Of a stretch of DNA of 52,065 nucleotides, positions 1 to 9,986 are shown piece after piece. Numbering within the stretch: position 1 is the stretch's first letter; each line of letters starts with the position of its first letter. The position numbers and the translations under genes were made by a program. The notes beneath the pieces were generated by a model. That model had not been told where the DNA came from. It saw only the letters and a program-made list of their open reading frames with translations, and made no database searches. The stretch comes from an uncultured Clostridia bacterium (GTDB lineage: Bacteria > Bacillota > Clostridia > Christensenellales > Borkfalkiaceae). The stretch spans positions 1 to 52,065 of the forward strand of contig CALVPV010000001.1 in the NCBI GenBank assembly GCA_944353935.1. Direction: 5' to 3'.

Positions 1-394
1 ATTCTATGGGGGTGTTCGCCTCTACGAGTTTGCCGGGCGACCTGTCCGCTTCGTCCTGATCCCAGGACGTTGTAAACAGCCCAGTTATGGACGGGCCGAG
101 AAAGGAGAAGAAAAAGAGCACTATGAGCGTCACCAGCCCCACCATAGAGAGCTTGGAGCGGAAGAACCTCCTTGCCACCACCGCCGCGGGAGAGAGCGTC
201 TTTACCCTGTCTTCAATGTGTTCGGGCTCTGGCTCCTGCTGCGCGAGCTGATAGTCTGCGCCCGCCATCTCCGTTTCCGCCATCTCTTCCGCGGGCACGT
301 TTACAAACTGCCCCGTAGCCTGATCGGGGGAGAGATCTTCCGGAGCGACGCCGAGGGCGCTTTCGCCGTTTAAAGGTTGTTTTTGGTTATCCAT
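1..394 (-). CDS. ABC transporter permease, OppC/DppC-like (N-terminal part only; gene runs off the left edge)
   Basis: Hand translation from ATG at 394-392 gives MDNQKQPLNGESALGV...VVARRFFRSKLSMVGLVTLIVLFFFSFLGP, an acidic tail followed by a first TM segment. It starts 12 nt after the OppB-like stop. It is absent from the ORF track because no stop lies in the window. Confidence 0.7.
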   Translation of the reverse strand, partial: MDNQKQPLNGESALGVAPEDLSPDQATGQFVNVPAEEMAETEMAGADYQLAQQEPEPEHIEDRVKTLSPAAVVARRFFRSKLSMVGLVTLIVLFFFSFLGPSITGLFTTSWDQDEADRSPGKLVEANTPIE

Positions 395-406
395 CGGCTT
401 GACTCC

Positions 407-1402
407 TTATTTAGTGATCTTAACGCGCGGATCGACTACCGCGTACATCAGGTCGGCAAGCAGCATGCCGAGCACGGTAAGTATGGCAAGGAACATATTG
501 TAGCCCATTACAAAGGGTATGTCGCCCTCCTTTAAGGCGGTATACGCTATGTTACCGATACCGGGTATGGCGAACATCTGCTCGGTTATCATCGCGCCGC
601 TGAACAGCGTGGGCAGCGTGCCCGCAAGCAAAGTTACGAGCGGGACGAGCGTGTTGCGGAAGGCGTGCTTATATATGACCTTGCGTTCGCTCAAGCCCTT
701 GGCGCGCGCCGTGCGGATGTAGTCGGCGTTGAGCACTTCCAGCGTGTTGGTACGCGTGTAGCGCATGAGCGAGCCGACGGAGAGGAACACCATTATGCCT
801 ACGGGCATTATAAGGTGCCATACCATATCCCAGAATATCGACCAGCCGGAGGCGCCTATGGGAAGGGTGCCGTGCAAGCCCTGTACGGGCAGTATGCCAA
901 GGCCTACGGAAAAGACCTGTATACATATTGCCGCAAAGAAGAACGTGGGCAGCGCGGTGCCTATCATAGTGAGCACGTTGGACGCATAGTCCAGCACGCC
1001 GTACTGCTTGGTGGCAGCCTTTACGCCGAGGGGGATGGCTATTATTATTTCCAGGATGTATGCGGCAAACGCTATGCCGAAAGATACGCCCATGTTTTCA
1101 ACTATGACGTCGCCCACGGGGCGGTCATATTTGAAGGATATGCCAAGGTCGCCCTGCAGCACGCCGAGCATCCACTTCCCATACCTTTCAAGTATTCCGA
1201 AGAATGAACGGTCATCCACGCCGAACAGTTCTTTAAGGCGGTCAAACTCTTCCTGCGTAATGTCGCCGTTGGTGAGCTGCTGGCCATATTTTATGGTCAC
1301 GAAGTCCACGGGCAGCGAATTTATAAGGAAATAGATTATGAGCGAGACGCCTATAAGAACTATTATGGCGAGGCCGATTCGTTTTAAGACATATTTAACC
1401 AT
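407..1402 (-). CDS. ABC transporter permease, OppB/DppB-like
   Basis: 331 aa with multiple TM segments. N-terminus is MVKYVLKRIGLAIIVLIGVSLIIYFL, and the loop DYIRTARAKGLSERKVIYKHAFRNTLVP is typical of Opp/Dpp membrane components. Confidence 0.9.
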   Translation of the reverse strand: MVKYVLKRIGLAIIVLIGVSLIIYFLINSLPVDFVTIKYGQQLTNGDITQEEFDRLKELFGVDDRSFFGILERYGKWMLGVLQGDLGISFKYDRPVGDVIVENMGVSFGIAFAAYILEIIIAIPLGVKAATKQYGVLDYASNVLTMIGTALPTFFFAAICIQVFSVGLGILPVQGLHGTLPIGASGWSIFWDMVWHLIMPVGIMVFLSVGSLMRYTRTNTLEVLNADYIRTARAKGLSERKVIYKHAFRNTLVPLVTLLAGTLPTLFSGAMITEQMFAIPGIGNIAYTALKEGDIPFVMGYNMFLAILTVLGMLLADLMYAVVDPRVKITK

Positions 1403-1438
1403 TGTAACTTACCGTTGCGATCATGGCATGACGCCCGA

Positions 1439-4258
1439 TCAGACTTTATAGTCTGCGTTGTAGCCCACTTCCCATATCTTGTTAAACAGACTGTCGTATG
1501 CGTTGGGGTTTTGATTGAGGGTGGTGCCGTCTATCTTTTCACCGTTATATACGGTGAGGTCATACCTTTGATAGAGCGGGAATTCCACCGCAAGTTCCAT
1601 AACGAGGTCGAGCGCATGCCAATAGTGCTGCCTGCGCTGCTTTTCATCGAGCACCTCGCGGGCTTCGTCTATAAATTTGGAAAGTTCCTCTATCACGCCG
1701 TATTCATATTCGTACTTGCCGCCGCTGCCATGATCCTTCTTTATTTCATTGTAGCCCCAGTTTACCGTACTGCCCGCTGTGGAGTTCATGTGGTATACCT
1801 GGTACATGTCGGGGTCGATGGTGGACGACCATGCAGCCGCCCATACGGTGAGCCCGCCGCGGGTAAGTTCGCTGAGCGCGGAGGCGTTGGTGACTACGCT
1901 TATTTCAAAGCCGATGCCGTTGAGTATCTCCTTTGCCTGCTGGAACACCTGCCATGCGGGGTGGTCGGTGGATTCGCCCGCAACGGTGAACTTTATGGGC
2001 TGTATGGGGTTGTCGTTGTTGTCCGCGAGCACCTTGCCGTCGCTTGAAATTTCAAAATCTGCTTTGCGGAGCATATCAAGGATCTGGTCGCCCGTTTTAT
2101 CGTAAGAATAGTCCACGGTGATACCATCATCGACGGTGATATCATCATCGGTGGTGAAAGAATATGGCGTTTTGCCACCCTCACTATCGGGGGGATATGC
2201 CCACGATTCAAGGGACATCGGGCGGTAGATGGGTTCACTGTTGCCGGCGCCGAAGTAGGTGTTGATGAGGTCTATGTTCATAGCCTTCATTATGGCGCGG
2301 CGCACCCACACATTGGAAACTTCCTCCTTGCCGGCATTGATGCCCACATAGCCGTAGCCGTTGGTGCGGGTCTTGTCCCATTTAAGGTAGCTTATACTGT
2401 TGAGGGCATTGATATTATCCGACGTGCAGTTGGGGGTGCCCACGTCTATTGTCCTGCTCTGCAGGGACTGCAGCATGACGTTGGAATTTATCTTTTGATA
2501 CTGTAAGTACTTTATGCGGGCATTTTGGATGGGGCCGCCATTTTCAACGCCGTCGAGCAGGTCAAAGTAGGTATTGCGCTCATAGTAGACGCGGCCCACC
2601 GATTCAAACTGACCGGGTGTGGGATACTTTTGATCTGCAGAAAGGCCGCTGCTGGTGCTTGCCTTGTAGGGACCGGCGCCCACGGGAACGCGCTGGCGCT
2701 GGCTGTTTTTGAGCACGTTGTTCATAAAGTCCGAGCTGTTGAACACCACGCCGTTTATAATGGGGTGGTCATCGCTCTCATACTTTTCAGCCTCCTCTGT
2801 GGGGGCATAGTAGTGCTGAGGGGCAACGGTGAAGGCAAAGTTCCATATAGCCTTGGGGTCCACCTTGTTTATGAGTATGGTGAGCACGTCGTATTCGCCG
2901 TCCAGCTCGTAAGATTTGCCATCCTCCCCTTCAAAGGTGTTGACCTTGCTTGTCTTGATGCCGGTTATTTCTTTGCCCTGGAAGGAAACGAGCTTGGAAA
3001 TTTCATCGGAAAGGATATAGCTGTACAGCGTGTTTGTGGTGCTGCTGCCGAGCGCCGTGGACGCAAATGCAAGGTAGTCGAAGGCAAGGTTGTCAAAGTC
3101 GGGGTTGCCGTTTTCCTCATTGTCCCTGATGCCCACGGTACTTATGTAAGCCTTTTCGAGCGCCCATTCGCGGAGCTCATCTTCCGTCTTGCAGGCGGCA
3201 GCTTCTTCCTTCATCTGCTTGTTCTGGCCGTCGTTTTCAAAATCGAAGACATATACTTCGTAGATATTCTTTTTTACGTCCTCTTCGGTGACGGAATCGT
3301 CTGCAAGCACATAGTCGCCGTTTTCAGGATCTTCAAGTATAACAAAGTCCTTTAACGGCTTTTGATTACCGGGCTGCATTTCATAGTTGACCAAGCCGTA
3401 CTGGAACAGGAAGTACTGCCAGTATTCGCCCTTTTCAAACATATAGGTCTTTCTTGATTCGTCAAAGCCGGAGACGGCGGCGTCATAGGCACTGTTGAGC
3501 TCAGTATCGTAATTTTCAAGGAAGTACCTGATATCCTCTTCCGTCTCTTCCCTCTCTGCTTCCGTCATACCGGAATACTGATATACATTGTTCGGTTTAC
3601 CGTTTAAATCGTAATCGATATACCTGTCATTACACCAGTCATATATCCTGTCGAGGCGGTCTTCGGCTTTCTGCGCGGCAGTATTGTTGAGGTCTTCTTC
3701 AGTACCGCCGCCCTGGCTCCTGTAATCTTCCAAGCCGACGATATCGGTGGAGTACATTGTGGAGGAACCTGTATACGAGGGATCGAGGTACACGTACATG
3801 TTAAAGAGGACATCATCTATGGTGAGATCCTCGCCGTCGGAGAACTTGATACCCTTTTTTATGAGGAAGTTGTACTGCGTGTACGCCGCATTTGAAGGAT
3901 CTACGACCTCATTTTGCTGTGTGCCGTCAAGGTACTTTATATTGAGGTCCTTGACTACGCAGGCTTCGTCGTCGCCGTAGACATAGTTGCCGTTTTCCGA
4001 ATTGAGCATGCCTATCTGCGTCTGGCCGCTTATTTCGGAGTCGTATGCGGCAGTCGCAAAGAAGGGGCTGTATACGCCGTCCATGCCGTCTATGGCAAAG
4101 ACTATGGGCGTCTTTTCCTCCGCCTCTGTAGATACATGCACATCGCCGCCCGGGGTGTCGGGGCCGGGACCGGGACCGGGATTCTTATCCGCGCAGCCCG
4201 CAAACAACCCGAATGCCATTACTGCGGCAAGCGATACCGCCAAATACTTCTTTTTCAT
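1439..4258 (-). CDS. ABC substrate-binding lipoprotein, family 5 (Opp/Dpp-like), unusually long (939 aa)
   Basis: Signal peptide with Cys (MKKKYLAVSLAAVMAFGLFAGC) followed by a PGPGPGP linker. Family-5 blocks are present: IKKGIKFSDGEDLTIDDVLFN, VLTILINKVDPKAIWNFAFTVAPQHYY and GAGPYK. GAGGTG SD precedes the ATG. Confidence 0.8.
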   Translation of the reverse strand: MKKKYLAVSLAAVMAFGLFAGCADKNPGPGPGPDTPGGDVHVSTEAEEKTPIVFAIDGMDGVYSPFFATAAYDSEISGQTQIGMLNSENGNYVYGDDEACVVKDLNIKYLDGTQQNEVVDPSNAAYTQYNFLIKKGIKFSDGEDLTIDDVLFNMYVYLDPSYTGSSTMYSTDIVGLEDYRSQGGGTEEDLNNTAAQKAEDRLDRIYDWCNDRYIDYDLNGKPNNVYQYSGMTEAEREETEEDIRYFLENYDTELNSAYDAAVSGFDESRKTYMFEKGEYWQYFLFQYGLVNYEMQPGNQKPLKDFVILEDPENGDYVLADDSVTEEDVKKNIYEVYVFDFENDGQNKQMKEEAAACKTEDELREWALEKAYISTVGIRDNEENGNPDFDNLAFDYLAFASTALGSSTTNTLYSYILSDEISKLVSFQGKEITGIKTSKVNTFEGEDGKSYELDGEYDVLTILINKVDPKAIWNFAFTVAPQHYYAPTEEAEKYESDDHPIINGVVFNSSDFMNNVLKNSQRQRVPVGAGPYKASTSSGLSADQKYPTPGQFESVGRVYYERNTYFDLLDGVENGGPIQNARIKYLQYQKINSNVMLQSLQSRTIDVGTPNCTSDNINALNSISYLKWDKTRTNGYGYVGINAGKEEVSNVWVRRAIMKAMNIDLINTYFGAGNSEPIYRPMSLESWAYPPDSEGGKTPYSFTTDDDITVDDGITVDYSYDKTGDQILDMLRKADFEISSDGKVLADNNDNPIQPIKFTVAGESTDHPAWQVFQQAKEILNGIGFEISVVTNASALSELTRGGLTVWAAAWSSTIDPDMYQVYHMNSTAGSTVNWGYNEIKKDHGSGGKYEYEYGVIEELSKFIDEAREVLDEKQRRQHYWHALDLVMELAVEFPLYQRYDLTVYNGEKIDGTTLNQNPNAYDSLFNKIWEVGYNADYKV

Positions 4259-4303
4259 CAGATTTTCACCTCGCTGAATTTTTCAAATGCCCTTTTAAGA
4301 GCG

Positions 4304-5659
4304 TCACTGTTGTACGATCGTTACTTCTATGGGTGTGCTACCTTCGCCGGGGACAAAGGTCTGCCCTACGCCGAGTTCGCCAAAGATGCCTTCATATTCG
4401 CCGCTGCCGTATACGACTTCAGCCACCAAAGTGGAACTTTTGATAACCGTAAGGGAACAGCCGTCAAAGACGATATTTGTGAACTTGCTAAGGTCGTAAG
4501 ACGAGCCGTCCGCAGAGATAAATCCTACCGTGTAATAGTTAGGCAAATTTATCCTTTGTATGTACGTTACCGAGTAGGTAGCGTCTTTAAATACAATGTC
4601 GTGCAAGTAGCCGCCGTCGGTAAAGCCGAACTGGCTGTAAGCAACCGCCGACCTATCCCTGTCTTGAGTTTTAAAGTTAGAGATCGTATGGCCGTTGCCG
4701 TTGAATTCGCCGCTGTAACCGGAGAATGTGAAGCTATTGCCGTCCATATCGATATCTTTATCTATCCAGTAATTTGCATCGCTGTCTATAGACGCAAGGT
4801 CGGCAGCCTTAGATACCACCTTCCAGTCGCCCGTGAGCCACTCTATCGTTACGGTTATGTGGGGATTGCTGTCGTCAAGGCGGAGATTACCGAGTTCAGA
4901 CAGCGAATAGATGTGCTGCTCCTGCCCGTCTGCGTTGTAAACAAAGTAGCGGACGGTGTGGCCTGACCATTCGGGCGCCCTTACGGGTGCGATGACGTTG
5001 GAAGGGGTCGTGTAGTTCCTGTCTACATGGTTTACCACGCCTGCGGCGGCGGCCTCTTTGCCGACGTCTATGGTAAAGGAATAGTTTTCCGTCCAATGAG
5101 CAACGAGGTACAGATAGGAATAGTCCTCCTGCGGGAGCTTTTGCGAAAAGTCCCAAGGCTCGCCTTCAAATATAGACACGCCGTTTTCGTCCACGAACTC
5201 GTCGCCGTCTTTGAGCGGCTGGTCGTTTTCGTCAAGGACTGCGGGATACCACCCCGTGACGTGGTAGTACATCAGGCTCGGAAGGTTTATGCCGGAAGAG
5301 CCGGTCTGCCCTTCCTCTTTATCCGTATCGCCCTCTTCACCCTCGCCGCCCTCGCCGGGCGTCTGGTCGGTGTCGGTATCGGAATCGGCGTCGTCATCCT
5401 TGTCTTCTTCGCCCTCTTCCGCCACGGCATCGCTCGGCTCCATTATGGTAGTGCCGGGTTTGTAGCGGAACGTGCGGATGCCCGTCTTGTCTGCGGAGCT
5501 GAACCTGCCCCCGTTGGCGTCGTATATGACCGTTGCGGTGTTGCCGACATCAAAGGGGTCAAACGCCTCGCTGCAGGCGGCAAGCGCGCAGGTGATACAC
5601 ATCACCGCAATGAGGCAGAGGATAGCTACCCATCTGCGTTTTATGTTTTGTAAAATCAT
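4304..5659 (-). CDS. Putative surface lipoprotein with Listeria-Bacteroides-type repeats, an acidic linker and a GLUG-like C-terminal region
   Basis: Lipobox CALAAC. Repeat 1 is TVIYDANGGRFSS...FRYKPGT. A D/E/G/T-rich linker covers aa 77-118 (nt 5306-5431). Repeat 2 is YHVTGWY...PWDFSQKL...LVAHW. The block FSGYSGEFNGNGHTISNF is GLUG-like. GAGAGG SD. Confidence 0.75.
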   Translation of the reverse strand: MILQNIKRRWVAILCLIAVMCITCALAACSEAFDPFDVGNTATVIYDANGGRFSSADKTGIRTFRYKPGTTIMEPSDAVAEEGEEDKDDDADSDTDTDQTPGEGGEGEEGDTDKEEGQTGSSGINLPSLMYYHVTGWYPAVLDENDQPLKDGDEFVDENGVSIFEGEPWDFSQKLPQEDYSYLYLVAHWTENYSFTIDVGKEAAAAGVVNHVDRNYTTPSNVIAPVRAPEWSGHTVRYFVYNADGQEQHIYSLSELGNLRLDDSNPHITVTIEWLTGDWKVVSKAADLASIDSDANYWIDKDIDMDGNSFTFSGYSGEFNGNGHTISNFKTQDRDRSAVAYSQFGFTDGGYLHDIVFKDATYSVTYIQRINLPNYYTVGFISADGSSYDLSKFTNIVFDGCSLTVIKSSTLVAEVVYGSGEYEGIFGELGVGQTFVPGEGSTPIEVTIVQQ

Positions 5660-5668
5660 ATAAACCTC

Positions 5669-5932
5669 TCAAGAGAACCACAGCTTGAGCAGCAAAAATA
5701 CCAGGCCGAACGCGGCGATTATGCAAAGTATCTGCGGGAGCATTGCCCTGTACATCGCCCACACCGCCATGCGGTATTCCTGCTTGGCCTGCTTTTTTTC
5801 TTCTTTGCTTTGAACGGCGGCCTTACGTTCGCCCCTGTTTTTGCGGAAAATGCCGCGGTTCCAGGGCATCCATTCGGCAGACATGTCCGCTATAGTGCGG
5901 CCGTCGTCCTCATACTGCTGTCTTTTGTTCAT
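5669..5932 (-). CDS. Small membrane protein, unknown function
   Basis: 87 aa with a basic, charged N-terminal half and one C-terminal TM (MLPQILCIIAAFGLVFLLLKLWF). GGAGA SD. Sandwiched 10-25 nt from both neighbours. Confidence 0.6.
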   Translation of the reverse strand: MNKRQQYEDDGRTIADMSAEWMPWNRGIFRKNRGERKAAVQSKEEKKQAKQEYRMAVWAMYRAMLPQILCIIAAFGLVFLLLKLWFS

Positions 5933-5956
5933 TGGCTGTCTCCGTTATAAGCAAGA

Positions 5957-8900
5957 TCAGAGCTTGCCGAAACTTACTCCGCCTTCGGGAGCCTTATCCA
6001 TGGCGGAAAGGTTTGGGGTTATGGCTGTGTCGCCATAGCTTACAACAAGGCCGCCGTCGCGCACTATTTCGAATTTGAGCGGTGCGTCTTCGTCCGCGCC
6101 TTCTTCGCCTTCGGCGTCTTTCGCGCTCGATTCTACGGGGCGGACGCTGAACAGCGACTTTCCGTCATTGCCCACAGCAACAAGGAAGGAGAGCGTGTTG
6201 TTTTCATCCAATACCGTTACGAAGTAAGCTACTTCGCTCTCTATCTCGCTGTATACGGGTTTGCCGTTTTCGTCAAACGTGTAGCCGTAAGCCGTAAATT
6301 TAGGCATGGTGAGCTGTTCAAGCGAGAAGATATCCAAGGTGATATCGAACGCCTTGTAGCCGAGCTCGTCCACCACCTCTATCTGCCCGTCACCTTCGTC
6401 CGCATAGGGGATGAAGTACAAAAGGTCTGTCTGCCAAGGGCTGTCTTCCGCAGACGAGCGGAGAGTGAGGTCGGAACCGTCGTACATGAATATGCAGAGG
6501 ATGCTTTCGCCGTCGGGCTTGCCCATATAGAGCTGTTTGCCGGTAAATTCGATGGCGATAACAGAACTATCGGAACCGCCGAAGGCGTCGCTGAGTTCGT
6601 AGGTGCCTATCATTTCAAGGTTGCCCTCAGGGTTGCCGCTGTCGGTCTCGTACAAAAAGTACATGTTGCCGTAGCCGTCCGCCTTTACGGTATAAGTCCA
6701 CTCCTGCATGATGCCGTAGATGTCCTCATAGGACTCTATGGTGATATCGGTGAGATAATCGTAGTAAGTATATGTTTTGCCGCCGACTGTAAGGTCGCTG
6801 CCGCTGAACGTGCCGGAAAGCGCCTTTCCGCCCGCGGGCGTAAGCGTCACGCCGTCAGCCGTTATTTCCGCAACGCCGAACGCGGTGACGTTGCCGTCCT
6901 TGTCGAGCTGCCTGAAGTAGCTGTTGCCGTTGTACGTGTAAAGGTTGTAGCTGCCGAGCACTTCGGGGTCGGACAACTTTTTATAGCGCCATGCCGAACC
7001 GAGCGAAGAATACGTGGGAAGTATGACTTCGGGCTCCGACGCAAGTTGATTGTAGTAGGCGATCTGCCAATCCGTGTAGTTGACGGTATTGAGTATCATC
7101 ACGCCGTCTTCACCCACGGTGAGGTCTATGCGCGCATAATTTTCACCGTCGAAGTCATAGAACACAGCCTTGCCGGTGAGATCGGCTACAGGGGTGCCGC
7201 TCTGTTTGAAGGACGTGAAGTTGACGGTATAGCCGTCCTGCCCGTAAGTTGCGCCGCCGACAACGCTCACGGAAGCGGTGTACCATACATCACCCATGAA
7301 TATATCGGCAGTCTTGCCCTTTAAAAAGAGCTGCGAATCGTTGTACGTAGCGCCGGTGAGCAGAGTCTGTTCGTTTTCGCCGAGTTCACGCAGCGGAACG
7401 GACGCATACTGATCCGACATGAGCACGGATACATCGTACACAAAGTCGCGGCGGGATATTTCTGCAAAGTCCTTATTATAATATAATATGGAAACGCGCG
7501 TAGCCGAAGAAAATTCTTCGTAACCGTTTAAATTGTTTACCGCATACCCTGCGGACAGGTCGGTGACAACCGTTGCAAAGTATGTGCCTTCGGGCTCGCC
7601 CTGTAAAACCTGCTTGCCTTCTGCCACTTTGTAGAGCTGAGGAACGCCGAATGCGTTGAACACTATGTTGAAGGTGCCCTCTTCCTCGCTGCCTACGACG
7701 GTATCGGGATTGCTTGCGTCTATCTCCAACCCGCGGAGAACGGGGAGCATCACGCGCCCTTCTTCGGAATCATAGGGCACATAGGTGATCACAAAGTAGA
7801 GCTCGTCGTTGGTGACGGCATTGTCCTCTGCGTCGAGTTTGTAGATGAGCGGGTGCCACATGCTTACAGCCACCTGATTTTCATAGAGGGGCTTTGCATT
7901 CTCCCCCGCCACCGCTTCATACTCTTCATCGGAGAGCACTTTGTATCTGAGCGGATAACTTATGCCTACGGAGCTGCTGTACTGCTGGTAGTAATCTATA
8001 TAATTAATGAAAGTAAGTTCGGGGTCGTTTACAAGGACGGTGTTGCCGGAAAGGAAGGTGAACTGCGCGTCCCAACCGTCGCCGTAGAGCGAGAAATATG
8101 CCTCGCCGAGGGCGTCTTCATATGCCGTTCCCTTATTGATATACCCAAAGTAATTGGCAAAGTCGGGGGCTAAGCGGAAGGAAGCCGCAAGCTCGTCTTT
8201 GACCGTGATGCAGAAGTCGTCGTCAAGGATTATGTTCCATGCGTCGGACACCTCGGATTCGGTGACGTTGTTGTTGAAGCACTGTTTGCCTACGAGCACG
8301 GGAATGCTGTCGCCCGTAAAAATTATGCCGGCAAGGCTGGTGCACTGGGCAAATGCCAAAGTGCCGATAGAGCGGATGCCCGTGCCAAATATGATGGTGT
8401 TTACGCCCGAACCGTTAAACGCGAAATCGCCTATCGTGAGAAGCGAATCGGGGAAGGTGAGCTCTGTCACCGCGGCGGTGAACATGAACGCCTGGGTGCC
8501 GATGGATTCGAGCTTGTCGCCGAATTCAAGGGAATTGAGCATAGCGCAGTAATAGAACGCGTCTTCGCCTATCGTCACCACGTTTTCAAGCACGGGAATC
8601 ATCGTGAGGTTGTTGAGCGGGACTTCGTAGTCGAGCAGCTCATAGTCGTCATAGCCGGGAAGGGTCGCCGCGCCGTTTACGTCGCCCGTATATGAGCGGA
8701 ACGCCCTGTCGCCGATGTACGATACGTATTGCAGCCATTCGGGGCAAACCGCGGTACCTGTAGTGCCGTCGGTGCCGAACATGTAGCATGCTTCAAACGC
8801 AGATTCGCCTATGCGGATGAGATCTTCGGGATAGTCGAGCACGAGATTTTCAAGCGAATACGCGTAATAGAACGCGCCTTCGGCTATGTCGCGCACGCTC

Positions 8901-9835
8901 TCGGTCACGCGGACGGTGCGAAGCGTCTGCGGTATGTACAGCGACCCGTCGTCCATTTCGCTCTGGGCGATATTTTCGCCGTCCGTATAGACGCTGAACG
9001 AATAGTAGTTATCGGTATACTTCTCTGCGCCGAACACATACGCAAGGAAACGATCCTGCAGGCGGGATCCTCCGATGAAGGGAACAGTGAGCATTTCAAG
9101 GCCGCTGAGCCCTTCAAAAGCGCCGCAAGCTACAGATGTATAGCAGTCGGGAACGGTGACGGAGGTTATCTTACCCCTCACGGAATTGTTTTTGAACACC
9201 CCCTCCCCTATCGCGGAAGCAGACATCGGGAAAGTGACGGAAGAGGCGCTGCCGTTATACGCGGTGACTACGCCGTTATCGTCTATCACAAATTCCTCGT
9301 CTTCGGGGGTCGTCCACACGGCGTAAAGGGTGACGGTTTCACCCTTTGCCGCTATATTCAAAACCGGTGTGCCTGTCGGATACTGCACTGCCGCTCCCGG
9401 AGCGGTGGCAAAACCGGCAAACTCGGCGCCCTCGGGGCAGCGTTCGGGCAATGTCACACTTTCGCCGATGGCGACCTGCCCGAATTCCACGGTTTCCAAA
9501 GGCCCGTAATTCAATACAATATTATAATATTGTGAAAGTAATTTGTAGTAGAGGGTGATGTTGGCATCGGGGACGACGGTACCTTCGTAGCGCTGTGTAT
9601 ACCCGGCATCCGTCCAATAGCCTTCAAAATCCTTATTTTCCTCCGTAACGGTGGGCAGAGGATCCCCGGGGAGCCACAGGCTTTGCTGAGATTTACCGTC
9701 CTGAGAAATGAGGGTGACGGTGACGGCGTTGGGTTCATCCTCCCCTTCGTTCGTGCACGCGGCGCCTACCACAAGGCAAACCACGGCAGCCAACGCAAGC
9801 AAAATGATGAATAATTTTTTTACAATACGATTCAT
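5957..9835 (-). CDS. Large surface (lipo)protein with a Listeria-Bacteroides repeat and BspA-type leucine-rich repeats
   Basis: I prefer the ATG at 9835 (MNRIVKKLFIILLALAAVVCLVVGAAC). The N-terminal repeat reads FEGYWTDAGYTQ. There are many LRR_5-like units (IGEGVF, IAEGAFYYAYSLENLVL, IGESAFEAC, IGEDAFYYCAMLNSLEF, IGTQAF, IGDFAF, IGTLAFAQCTSL). The following ~750 aa are unassigned and look beta-rich. Confidence 0.85.
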   Translation of the reverse strand: MNRIVKKLFIILLALAAVVCLVVGAACTNEGEDEPNAVTVTLISQDGKSQQSLWLPGDPLPTVTEENKDFEGYWTDAGYTQRYEGTVVPDANITLYYKLLSQYYNIVLNYGPLETVEFGQVAIGESVTLPERCPEGAEFAGFATAPGAAVQYPTGTPVLNIAAKGETVTLYAVWTTPEDEEFVIDDNGVVTAYNGSASSVTFPMSASAIGEGVFKNNSVRGKITSVTVPDCYTSVACGAFEGLSGLEMLTVPFIGGSRLQDRFLAYVFGAEKYTDNYYSFSVYTDGENIAQSEMDDGSLYIPQTLRTVRVTESVRDIAEGAFYYAYSLENLVLDYPEDLIRIGESAFEACYMFGTDGTTGTAVCPEWLQYVSYIGDRAFRSYTGDVNGAATLPGYDDYELLDYEVPLNNLTMIPVLENVVTIGEDAFYYCAMLNSLEFGDKLESIGTQAFMFTAAVTELTFPDSLLTIGDFAFNGSGVNTIIFGTGIRSIGTLAFAQCTSLAGIIFTGDSIPVLVGKQCFNNNVTESEVSDAWNIILDDDFCITVKDELAASFRLAPDFANYFGYINKGTAYEDALGEAYFSLYGDGWDAQFTFLSGNTVLVNDPELTFINYIDYYQQYSSSVGISYPLRYKVLSDEEYEAVAGENAKPLYENQVAVSMWHPLIYKLDAEDNAVTNDELYFVITYVPYDSEEGRVMLPVLRGLEIDASNPDTVVGSEEEGTFNIVFNAFGVPQLYKVAEGKQVLQGEPEGTYFATVVTDLSAGYAVNNLNGYEEFSSATRVSILYYNKDFAEISRRDFVYDVSVLMSDQYASVPLRELGENEQTLLTGATYNDSQLFLKGKTADIFMGDVWYTASVSVVGGATYGQDGYTVNFTSFKQSGTPVADLTGKAVFYDFDGENYARIDLTVGEDGVMILNTVNYTDWQIAYYNQLASEPEVILPTYSSLGSAWRYKKLSDPEVLGSYNLYTYNGNSYFRQLDKDGNVTAFGVAEITADGVTLTPAGGKALSGTFSGSDLTVGGKTYTYYDYLTDITIESYEDIYGIMQEWTYTVKADGYGNMYFLYETDSGNPEGNLEMIGTYELSDAFGGSDSSVIAIEFTGKQLYMGKPDGESILCIFMYDGSDLTLRSSAEDSPWQTDLLYFIPYADEGDGQIEVVDELGYKAFDITLDIFSLEQLTMPKFTAYGYTFDENGKPVYSEIESEVAYFVTVLDENNTLSFLVAVGNDGKSLFSVRPVESSAKDAEGEEGADEDAPLKFEIVRDGGLVVSYGDTAITPNLSAMDKAPEGGVSFGKL

Positions 9836-9956
9836 AAGTACCTCGCACAGAAAAAGCAGCCGTCGGCTTAAAACTGCCTGCAATATGCGATCGCATCAGC
9901 TTTACAAAGCCGCACAAACATATTTCCGCGCCAAACTTTTGCTTTTATACCTAACT

Positions 9957-9986
9957 ATTATACAGATTCTGTCACGCCAAAGTCAA
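9957..9986 (-). promoter_or_regulatory. Predicted sigma-70-type promoter of the LRR/ABC gene string
   Basis: Minus strand reads TTGACT-18 nt-TATAAT, about 120 nt upstream of the ATG at 9835. Confidence 0.4.
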
